Shown here: positions 28,901 to 40,900 of the stretch, in pieces
Layout: each line of letters starts with the position of its first letter
How positions within the stretch are numbered: the first letter of the stretch is position 1
Origin: Nitrosopumilus sp.
Lineage (GTDB): Archaea; Thermoproteota; Nitrososphaeria; Nitrososphaerales; Nitrosopumilaceae
Direction of reading: 5' to 3'
DNA length: 64,000 nucleotides
Assembly: GCA_965219345.1 (NCBI GenBank)
Contig: OZ244732.1
Span: 160,001-224,000 of the forward strand
Made by a program: the position numbers and the translations under genes
The notes under the pieces: generated by a model
Told to the model about the DNA's origin: nothing
Seen by the model: the letters and a program-made list of their open reading frames with translations, nothing else
The model's database searches: none

Positions 28901-31900
28901 CCGTGACGAACATCCTTGTTCCGTCAGCAGAGAAGGCCAGGCCGTTTGGTGTTGGGTCTTGTGAACGTACCGAGAAGGAGCCGTCAGGGAAGGCAGAAGC
29001 GGCAGGAATGTCATCTATGCTGCCCGTGGTTCTGGTGTATGCCAGGAGGATGACATCGTCATGATCAAGCGTATCATTGAGGGTAAGGGTGACCGTGTCT
29101 GCGGCGGCCGTGATTCCAGTTACGGTTGGGTCTGCGGATATGGTGCCGGACAGCACAAAGTCTCCGGGTGCCGCACCGTTTATTGTAACGTCTTTGGACA
29201 GCACGATATCAATTGCCGATGTGCCGGCAGTTGCAACGGAGGACACGGTCAGCGTTGGCGGAACGGTGTCATCCGGCAGCGGGGTGGTGTCATCTGGCAG
29301 CGGGGTGGTGTCAGTAAAGGTCTGGTTTGCTGCAGGGTTTAATGCGCTGTCAACCACGGTGCCAGGTGGAGCGGTATAGGTTATAGCTGGAGTATCGGAT
29401 GCCGTGATGCCGGAGACGGTGAGGGTTATGGTGTTGTCCGTACCGGCGGGATTGGTGTTTGCCGTCACTTGCCCGACGGAGAGGGTGAATCCCTGGCCGT
29501 CTGTGGTTGTGACGTCTATGTCCTCGCTGTACGTCAGGGTTATCTCGGTAAGGGAGGTCACGGCAGCTGCGGTAATTGCTGGGGCAACGGTATCTGATGA
29601 AATGTTGTTTGTGACCAGGGTTGCCGCAAAGCTGGCAAGCGAGTTTGGCTGTGAGAATAGCGTAAACGGCTCGGGCAGCGCGTACTGGTGTACGTTCGCG
29701 CCATCAAAACCCAGGACAAACATGCCGGTACCGTCACCGGAGAAGGCCAGGCCTGCCGGGGATGAGTCCTGTGATTCCACGGAGAAGGAGCTGTCAAAGG
29801 AGGCAGTAGATACGTCAAAGGCGGAGGTTAATGCGTATTCGTGAACCGAGGCACTGCTGGAACCCACGACAAACATCTTTGTTCCGTCAGCAGAGAAGGC
29901 CAGGCCCCGCGGGGATGTGTCCTGTGATTCCACGGAGAAGGAGCTGTCAATGGTGGCAGTAGATACGTCAAAGGCGGAGGTTAATGCGTATTCGTGAACC
30001 GAGGCACTGCTGGAACCCACGACAAACATCTTTGTTCCGTCAGCAGAGAAGGCCAGGCCCCGCGGGGATGAGTCCTGTGATTCCACGGAGAAGGAGCTGT
30101 CAATGGTGGCAGTAGATACGTCAAAGGCGGTGGTTAATGCGTATTCGTGAACCGAGTCACTGCTGGAACCCACTACAAACATCTTTGTTCCGTTGGCAGA
30201 GAAGGCCAGGCCCCGCGGGGATGATTCCTGTGAGTCTACCAGGAAACGGTCGACATGGGAGACATCCGATGTGCCGGTGACATTGGACACGTCAAATGGG
30301 GCGGCCAATGTGTACTGGTATACGGCATTGAAGTTATTGCCCGTGACGAACATCCTTGTTCCGTCAGCAGAGAAGGCCAGGCCGTTTGGCGTTGGGTCTT
30401 GTGAACGTACCGAGAAGGAGCCGTCAGGGAAGGCAGAAGCGGCAGGAATGTCATCTATGCTGCCCGTGGTTCTGGTGTATGCCAGGAGGATGACATCGTC
30501 ATGATCAAGCGTATCATTGAGGGTAAGGGTGACCGTGTCTGCGGCGGCCGTGATTCCAGTTACGGTTGGGTCTGAGGATATGGTGCCGGACAGCACAAAG
30601 TCTCCGGGTGCCGCACCGTTTATTGTAACGTCTTTGGACAGCACGATGTCAATTGCCGATGTGCCGGCAGTTGCAACGGAGGACACGGTCAGCGTTGGCG
30701 GAACGGTGTCATCCGGCAGCGGGGTGGTGTCATCTGGCAGCGGGGTGGTGTCAGTAAAGGTCTGGTTTGCTGCAGGGTTTAATGCGCTGTCAACCACGGT
30801 GCCAGGTGGAGCGGTATAGGTTATAGCTGGAGTATCGGATGCCGTGATGCCGGAGACGGTGAGGGTTATGGTGTTGTCCGTACCGGCGGGATTGGTGTTT
30901 GCCGTCACTTGTCCGACGGAGAGGATGAATCCCTGGCCGTCTGTGGTTGTGACGTCTATGTTCTCGCTGTACGTCAGGAGTATCTCGGTAAGGGAGGTCA
31001 CGGCGGCCGCGGTGATTGTTGGCGGGGTGTCATCCGGCAGCGGGGTGGTGCCAGTAAAGGTCTGGTCTGCCGCCTGGTTTGATGCGGTGTCTGTCACGGT
31101 GCCAGGTGGAGCGGTATAGGTTATAGCTGGAGCATCGGATGCCGTGATGCCGGAGACGGTAAGGGTTATGGTGTTGCCCGTACCGGCGGGATTGGTGTTT
31201 GCCGTCACCGTTCCTCCGTCAGAGAGGGCGAATCCGGTGCCGTCTGTGGTTGTGACGTCTATGTCCTCGCTGTACGTCAGGGTTATCTCGGTAAGGGAGG
31301 TCACGGCAGCCGCGATGATTTCCGGTGGAACGGTATCATCTATTGGGGGATCAATGTCATCCGGTGGTGGCGATCCAATGTTGTTTGTGACCAGGGTTGC
31401 CTCAAAGCTGGCAAGCGAGTTTGGCTGTTGGAATAGCGTAAATGGTTCAGATAGCGCGTACTGGTGTACGTTCTCGCTGTCACTACCCAAGACAAATATC
31501 CTCGTTCCGTCAGCAGAGAAGGCCAGGCCCCGCGGGAATCTGTCTTGTGATGTCACTGAGAAAGAGTCGACAAAGGTGGCAGTGGACACGTCAAAGGGGG
31601 CGGTTAGTGCGTACCCGTATACGGCACCGTTGATACTACCCACTACAAACATCCTCGTTCCGTCAGCAGAGAAGGTTAGGCCCTGCGTGGATCTGTCTTG
31701 TGATGCCACTGGGAAAGAGTCGACAAAGGTGACATCCGATGTGCCGGCGACATTCGATACGTCAAAGGGGGCGGATAGCGTGTACTCGTTTATGTCATCG
31801 CCAGCACCGCCCAAGACAAACATCTTTGTTCCGTCACCAGAGAAGGCCATGTCTAGCGGGAGTATGTCTTGTGATGCCACTGAGAAAGAGTCGACAAAGG

Positions 31901-34900
31901 CGGCGGTGGACACGTCAAAGGCGGCGGTTAGTGTGTACTCGTTTATGTTATTGTCGAAACTACCCACAACAAACATCTTTGTTCCGTCGTTGGAGAAGGC
32001 CAGGCCTGACGGGAATGTGTCTTGTGAACCTACTGAGAAAGAGTCGACAAAGGTAGCAGTGGACACGTCAAAGGCGGCGGTTAGTGTGTACTGGTGTACG
32101 GCATCGTTATCGCTACTAATACCAGTACTCACTACAAACATCCTTGTTCCGTCATTAGAGAAGGCCATGCCGGTTGATTCCGAGTCTTGTAGATCTACTG
32201 GGAAGGAGCTGAGAAGGGGCGGAAGAGGGATGTCATCTATGCTGCCCGTGTTTCTGGTGTATGCCAGGAGGATGACATCATTGCTGTCAAGCGTATCGTC
32301 AAGGGCAAGGGCTACCGTGTTGTTTGTAACAGCGGTGATTCCGGTCACGGCCGGGTCTGTGGATATGGTGCTGGACAGCGCAAAGTCTTCCGGTGCCGCA
32401 CCGTTTATTGTGACGTTTTCGGACAGCACGATGTTAATTGTTGATGTGCTGGCAGTTGCAATGGAGGACACGGTTGGAGGCGCGTCATCGGTTGTGCCGG
32501 TAAAGGTCTGGTCTGCTGCCGGGTTTGATTCCGCGTCAACCACGGTGCCAGGTGGAGCGATGTAAGTTATAACTGGAGCATCGGATGTTGTGATGCCGGA
32601 GACGGTAAGGGTTATGGTGTTGTCCGTACCGGCGGGATTGGTGTTTGCCGTCACCGTTCCGGTGGAGAGGGTGAATCCTTCGCCGTTTGTGGTTGTGACG
32701 TCTATGTCCTCGCTGTACGTCAGGAGTATCTCGGTAGCCGAGGTCACGGCGGCCGCGATGATTTCCGGTGGAACGGTATCATCTATTGGGGGATCAGTGC
32801 CATCCGGTGGTGGCGATGGCGATGCAATGTTGTTTGTAACTGTAGTTGCCGCAAAGCTGGCAAGCGAGTTTGGCTGTGAGAATAGCATAAACGGCTCGGG
32901 CAGCGCGTACCGGTATACGGCATTGCTGTCACTGCCTGCGACAAACATCTGCATTCCGTCACCGGAGAAGGTCAGGCCTGCCGGGGATGAGTCATGTGAT
33001 TCCACAGAGAAGGAGCCGACAAAGTCGGCATCGGATACGTCAAAGGCGGTGTCCAGCGCGTACTCGTTTATGTCATTGCCGTCATCGCCCGTGACAAACA
33101 TCTGCATTCCGTTGGCAGAGAAGGCCAGGCCGGTCGGGTTTCTGTCCTGTCGGACTACCGGGAAGGAGGTGTCGTCAAAGCTGGCAGACGATACGTCAAA
33201 GGGGGCGGTTAATGCGTACTGGTATACGGCACTGTTGCCAATGCCTGCGACAAACATCCTGGTTCCGTCAGCAGAGAAGGCCAGGTCCCGCGGATTTATG
33301 TCCTGTGAGGATATCGAGAAGGAGGTGACAAAGGAGACATCCGATGTGCCGGCGACATTGGATATGTCAAAGGCGGCGGATAATGCGTACTGGTGTACGT
33401 TACCGCCGCCGGCACTGCCCAGAACAAACATCTTTGTTCCGGTGGCAGAGAAGGTCAGGCCCCGCGGATTTATGTCCTGTGAGGACACGGAGAAGGAGGT
33501 GACAAAGGTGGCAGTCGATACGTCAAAGGGGGGAGTTAATGCGTACTGGTATACGGCATTGTCAGAGAGATCTACGACAAACATCCTGGTTCCGTCAGTA
33601 GAGAAGGCCAGGCCTATTGGGGATGAGTCTTGTAAGTCTATCGGGAAGGAGCCGGCAAGGTGGGCGGCAGGACCGTCACCTATGCTGCCCGTGGTTCTGG
33701 TGTATGCCAGGAGGATGTCATCGTCATGATCAAGCGTGCCGTCAAGGGAAAGGGTGACCGTGTCGGCAGCTGCGGCGGCAACCGTGATTCCGGTCACGAC
33801 CGGATCTGCGGTTATGTTACCAGACAGCACAAAGTCTCCGGGTGCCGCACCGTTTATTGTAACGTCTTCGGACAGTATGATGTCAATTGCACTTGTCGAT
33901 GTGCCGGAAGTTGCAATGGAGGACACGGTTGGGGGGGCGTCATCGGTTGTGCCGGCAAAGGTCTGGTCTGCCGCCGGGTTTGATGCGGTGTCTGTCACGG
34001 TGCCGTCGGATGCGGTATAGGTTATATCCGGAGTATCGGATGTGTCGGTAATGCCGGAGATCGTAAGGGTTATGGTATTGTCCGTACCGGCGGGATCGGT
34101 GTTTGCCGTTACCGTTCCTCCGGTGGTGGAAAGGGCGAATCCCATGCCGTTTGTGGTGCTGACATCTATGTTCTCGCTGTACGTCAGGGTTATGCTGGCA
34201 GCCGAGGTCACGGCAGCCGCGGTGATTGCTGGCGGAATAGTGTCCGGCGGAATGTTGTTTGTAACCATAGTTGCCGCAAAGCTGGCAAGGGAGGCCGACT
34301 GTGAGAACAGCTTGAACGGTTCGGACAGGGCGTACCCGTGTACGGCATCACTGGCATTGCCGGCATCGCTCACTACAAACATCCTGGATCCGTCATCGGA
34401 GAAGGTTAGGCCCCTAGGTGATGTGCCCTGGAAACCTAGCTGGAAGGAGCCGGCATGGGAGGCAGTCGATATGTCAAATGGGGCGGTTAGTGCGTACCGG
34501 TATACGGCATTGCTGTTACCACCCACTACAAACATCCCGTATCCGTCATTGGAGAAGGTTAGGCCTATCGGGAAGTCGTCCTGTGATTCCACCGAAAAAG
34601 AGATTAAACTGGAGGAGGCAGCAGAGGCAGTCGATATGTCAAAGGCGGTGTCCAGCGCGTACTGGTGTACGGCATCGTTGTCACTGCCCGTGACAAACAG
34701 CCTGGTACCGTCATTGGAGAAGGCCAGGTCCTGTGGCTCTGCGTCTTTTGAGACTATTGGGAGAGAATCAACAAAGGTGGCATCGGATATGTCAAAGGGG
34801 GCGGTTAGCGCGTACTCGTTTATGTCCTGATCAAAGGAACCTACGACAAACATCATGGTACCGTCGTTGGAGAATGTCAGGCCGTGTGGGGTCAGATCCT

Positions 34901-37900
34901 CGGAGGCCACCGAGAGGGAGCTGTCAAAGGTGGCAGTGGATACGTCAAAGGGGGCGGTTAGCGCGTATTCGCTTATGGCGCTGTTATGGACACCCGAAAC
35001 AAACATCCTCATACCGTCATTGGAGAAGGCTATGCCAAACGGCATTATGTCCTGTGATGCCACCGGGAGGGAGCTGTCAAAGGTGGCGAAAGGACCTTCG
35101 TCTATGCTGCCCGTGGTTCTGGTGTATGCCAGGAGGATGTCATCGTCATGATCAAGCGTGTCGTCAAGGGAAAGGGTGACCGTGTTGGCAACGGCGGTGA
35201 TTCCGGTTACGACCGGGTCTGCGGTTATGTTACCAGACAGCACAAAGTCTTCCGGTGCCGCACCGTTTATTGTGACGTTTTTGGACAGCACGATATCAAT
35301 TGTTGATATGCCGGCAGTGCCAATGGAGGACACGGTTGGGGGGGCGTCATCGGTTGTGCCGGTAAAGGTCTGGTTTGCTGCAGGGTTTGACGCGGTGTCT
35401 GTCACGGTGCCAGGTGGAGCGGTATAGGTTATGGCCGGAGCATCGGATGTGTCGGTAATGTCGGAGACGGTAAGGGTTATGGTGTTGTCCGTACCGGCGG
35501 GATCGGTGTTTGCCGATACCGTTCCTCCGGTGGTGGAAAGGGAGAATCCCGTGCCGTTTGTGGTGCTGACGTCTATGTTCTCGCTGTACGTCAGGAGTAT
35601 CTCGGTAGCCGAGGTCACGGCGGCCGCGGTGATTGTTGGCGGGGTGTCATCCGGCAGCGGGGTGGTGCCGGTAAAGGTCTGGTTTGCTGCAGGGTTTGAC
35701 GCGGTGTCTGTCACGGTGCCAGGTGGAGCGGTATAGGTTATGGCCGGAGCATCGGATGTGTCGGTAATGCCGGAGATCGTAAGGGTTATGGTGTTGTCCG
35801 TACCGGCGGGATCGGTGTTTGCCGATACCGTTCCTCCGGTGGTGGAAAGGGAGAATCCCTGGCCGTCTGTGGTTGTGACGTCTATGTTCTCGCTGTACGT
35901 CAGGAGTATCTCGGTAGCCGAGGTCACGGCGGCCGCGGTGATTGCTGGCGGGGTGGTGTCCGGAATGTCGTTTGTAACTGAAATTGCCGCAAAGCTGGCA
36001 AGCGAGTCTGGCTGTGGGGATAGCGTAAATGGATCCGATAGCGCGTACTGGTATACGGAATCATTGCCATTACCCACTACAAATATCCTTGTTCCGTCAG
36101 CAGAGAAGGCCAGGTCGGTCTGTTCCGAGTCCTGTGAATCTATCGGGAAGGATCTGTCAAAGCGGGCAATGGATACGTCAAAGGGGGCGGACAGTATGTA
36201 CTCGTTTATGTCATTACCCACTACAAACATCCTGGTTCCGTCATCGGAGAAGGCCAGGCCAAATGGGAATTTCTCCTGTGAAGACACGGAGAAGGAGGTG
36301 ACAAAGGAGACATCCGATGTGCCGGTGACATTCGATACGTCAAAGGGGGTGGACAGCGCGTACTGGTATACGGCATTGTTGCCATCACCCACAACAAACA
36401 TCTTTGTTCCGTTGGCAGAAAAGGCCAGGCCCCGCACGGAATTGTCCTGCGAGGATACCGAGAAGGAGTCGGCATGGGAGGCAGTGGATACGTCAAAGGG
36501 GGCGGTTAGCGCGTACTCGTTTATGTCATTGCCGTCATCACCCGAAACAAACATCTTTGTTCCGTTGGCAGAGAAGGCCAGGCCCCGCGGATCTTCGTCC
36601 TGTGATTCCACGGAGAACGACTTGCTACTGTAGCTGGCAGAAGATACGTCAAACGGTTCAGTCAGCGCGTACTGGTATACCCTATCTTTTTGACTGCCTG
36701 TGACGAACATCTTTGTTCCGTCGTTGGAGAAGGCCAGGCCTACCGGGGTCCTGTCCTGTGAATCTACTGGGAAGGAGCCGGCAAAGGGCGGAAGAGGAAT
36801 GTAATCTATGCTGCCCGTGGTCTTGTCGTATGCCAGGCTGATGACATCATCATGATCAAGCGTATCGTCAAGGGAAAGGGTGACCGTGTTGGCAATGGCG
36901 GCGATTCCGGTCACGGTTGGGTCTGTGGATATGTCGCCGGACAGCGCAAAGTCTCCGGGTGCCGCGCCGTTTATTGTGACGTCTTCGGACAGCGTGACGT
37001 GAATTGTTGATGTGCCGGCAGTTGCAGCGGAGGACACGGTCAGCGTCGTACCGCCGGTCGTATCGATAAAGGTCTGGTCTGGTGCCGGGTTTGATTCATT
37101 GTCCGTCACGGTGCCGTCGGATGCGGTATAGGTCACATCCGGCGTATCGGAGCCGGCGGCGATGCCGGAGACGGTAAGGGTTATGGTGTTGTCCGAACCG
37201 GCGGGATCGGAGTTTGCCGTCACGTTCCCGACGGAGAGGGAGAATCCGGTGCCGTCTGTGGCGTTGACGTCTATGTTCTCGTCATACGTCAGGACTATCT
37301 CGGTAGCCGAGGTCAGGGAGGATGCAATGATTGTAAACGGTGAAATGTTGTTTTTGACCGGGGTTGCCGCAAAGCTGGCAAGCGAGTTTGGCTGTAGGAA
37401 TAAAGTAAACGGTTCGGATACCGAGTATTCGTATACGGCATCGTTGTCATCGCCCGTGACAAACATCCTGGTACCGTCACCGGAGAAGGCCAGGCCCGAT
37501 GGCGCGCCGTCCTGTGATTCCACGGAGAAGGAGTCGGCATGGGAGGCAGTGGATACGTCAAAGGGGGCGGATAGTGTGTACTCGTGAACCGAGTCACTGC
37601 TGGAACCCACTACAAACATCTTGGATCCGTCAGCAGAGAAGGCCACGTCCCGCGGGTCTGAGTCTTGGAGGGATACCGTGAAGGAGATGTCGTCATAGCT
37701 GGCAGTGGATACGTCAAAGGGGGCGGCTAGTGTGTACTGGTATACGTCACCGCCGTTAAAACCCGTTACAAACATCTTGGATCCGTCGGCAGAGAAGGTC
37801 AGGCCCTGCGGGGATGATTCCTGTAATTCCACGGAGAAGGAGGTGACATTGGAGACATCCGATGTGCCAGCGACATTGGATATGTCAAAGGCGGCGGATA

Positions 37901-40900
37901 ATGCGTACTCGTTTATGTCATTGTCTCCGTCACCCAGGACAAACATCTTGGTTCCGTCGTTGGAGAAGGCCACGTCCCGCGGGGCTGATTCCTGATCTGT
38001 CACTGAGAACGCTATGTTGTCATAGCTGGCAGTCGACAAGTCAAAGGGAGCAGTCAACGTGTGCTGGTGTACGACACCGCCTCCGCTGCCCAAGACAAAC
38101 ATCCTTGTTCCGTCAGCGGATAAGGCCAGGCCCTGCGGGGTCGAGTCCTGCGAGGATACCGAGAAGGAGATGTCAAAGGACGGAGGGACGGGAATGTCAT
38201 CTATGCTGCCCGTGGTCTTGTCGTATGCCAGGTTAATGACATCATTGCCATCAAGCATATCGTCAAGGGAAAGGGTGACCGTGTTGGCGTCGGCCGTGAT
38301 TCCAGTTACAGCCGGATCCGTGGATATGGTGCCGGACAGCGCAAAGTCTTCCGGTGCCGCGCCGTTTATTGTGACGTCTTTGGACAGCACGATATCAATT
38401 GTTGATATGCCGGCAGTGCCAATGGAGGACACGGTCGGAGCTGTACTGTCGGTCGTATCGGTAAATGTCTGGTTCGCTGCCTGGTTTGATGCGCTGTCTG
38501 CTACGGAGCCGTCGGATGCGGTGTAAATCACGTTTGGAGCATCGGATATGGTGATGCCGGAGACGGTAAGCGTTATGGTGTTGCCCGAACCTGCGGGATC
38601 GGTGTTTGCCGTCACTTGCCCGTCAGAGAGGGTGAATCCCTGGCCGTCCGTGGTTGTGACGTCTATGTTCTCGCTGTACGTCAGGACTATCTCGGTAAGG
38701 GAGGTCACGGCAGCTGCGGTAATTGTTGGCGGGGTCGTATCTGGTGGTGCAATGTTGTTTTCGACCAAGGTTGCCGCAAAGCTGGCAAGCGAGTTTGGCT
38801 GTGGGAACAACGTAAATGGATCCGACAGCGCGTACTCGCGTACGGCACTGTTCGTATTATCTAGAAGAAACATCCTGGTACCGTCACCAGAGAAGGCTAG
38901 GCCTGTCTGGAATACGTTTGGTGAGCCTACTGGGAAAGAGCCGACAGAGGAGGCAGTGGATACGTCAAAGGGGGCGGATAATGCGTACTGGTATGCGATG
39001 TTATCATTATCTATAACAAACATCCTGGTACCGTCACCAGAGAAGGCCAGGCCTATCGGGAATGTGTCTAAGCCTATTAGGAAAGAGTCGACAAAGGTGG
39101 CGGTGGATATGTCAAAGGGGGTGGTTAGTGTGTACTGGTATACGGCATCGTTGTTACGGCCTGTGACAAACATCCTGGTACCGTCACCAGAGAAGGCCAG
39201 GTCTATCGGGAATGTATCCTGTGATGATGGTGGGAAAGAGCCGACAAAGGTGACAGTGGATATGTCAAAGGGGGCGGATAATGCGTACTGGTGTATGTTA
39301 CCATCGCCAGAACTACCCGTAACAAACATCTTTGTTCCGTCAGCAGAGAAGGCCAAACCTCGTGGTACTGTCTCTTCCGTTGCCACTGAGAAAGAGGTGA
39401 CAGGGGAGGAGGCAGTGGATACGTCAAAGGGGGCGGCTAATGCGTACTGGTATACGGTATCGTTGTTACCACTCAAAATAAACATCCTATATCCGTCAGC
39501 AGAGAAGGCCAGGTCCCGTGGGGGGCTGTTTTGTGGCTGCTGTGAGAAAGAGCCGACAAAGGACAGAGGGGCAGGACCGTCACCTATGCTGCCCATGGTT
39601 TTGGTGTATGCCAGGTTAATGACATCATCATGATCAAGCGTGCCGTCAAGGGAAAGGGTGACCGTGTCTGCAATGACTGCGATTCCGGTCACGGCCGGGT
39701 CTGGGGATATGGTGCCAGACAGCACAAAGTCTTCTGGTGCCGCGGAGTTGTATGCGACGTTCTCGGACAGCACGATGTCAATTGCCGACGTGCCGGCAGT
39801 TGCAATGGAGGACACGGTTGGCGGCGCGTCATCGGTTGTGCGGTCAAAGATCTGGTCTGCTGCCGGGTTTGATGCGGCATCTGTCACGGTGCCAAGTGAT
39901 TCGGCATAGGTTATGACCGGAGTATCGGATGTGTTGGTGATGCCGGAGACGGTAAGTGTTATGGTGTCGTCCGAACCTCCGGGATCGGTGTTTGCCGTCA
40001 CTTGCCCGACGGAGAGGGTGAATCCTGCGCCGTCCGTGCTGTCGGCGTCTATGTTCTCGCTGTATGTCAGGGTTATGTTGGTAGCCGAGGTCACAGAAGC
40101 TGCGGTGATTGTTGGCGGGGTCGTATCTGGTGGAATGTTGTTTTCGACCGAGAATGCCGCAAAGCTGGCAAGCGAGTTTGGCTGTGGGAACAACGTAAAT
40201 GGCTTTGGCAGCGCGTACTCGTTTATGTTATCGTTATCATCACCCACTACAAACATCCTTGCTCCGTCAGCAGAGAAGGCCAGGCCCCGCGTGGTGCCAT
40301 CCTGTGAACGTACTGAGAAGGAGTCGACAAAGGCGGCAGTGCCTACGTCAAAGGGGGCAGTCAGCGCGTACTGGTATACTTTATCGCCACCAGAACCCGC
40401 AACAAACATCCTGGTACCGTCGGCAGAGAAGGCCAGGCCAATTAGGAGTGGGTCTTGTGAAGCCGCTGAGAAAAAGGAGCTAGAGACGGCAGTGGATACG
40501 TCAAAGGGGGCGGATAACGTGTACTGGTATACGGAACTGTCAGCGATACTCAGGACAAACATCTTTGTTCCGTCGTTGGAGAAGGCCAGGCCCCGCGGGG
40601 ATGTCGTTTCTGTTGACACTAGGAAGGAGCTGTCAGAGGTGACATTGGATACGTCAAAGGGGGCGGCTAGTGTGTACTGGTATACTTTATTGTTGTCATC
40701 ACCCACGACAAACATCCTGGTACCGTCGGCAGAGAAGGCCAGGCCTATCGGGGTTTCGTCCTCATCTGCCACCGAGAAAGAGTCGACAAAGGTGACATTA
40801 GATATGTCAAATGGGGCGGATAATGCGTACTCGTTTACGTCATCGCCGTCATCACCCGTAACAAACATCCTGGTACCGTTGTTGGAGAAGGCCAGATCTT

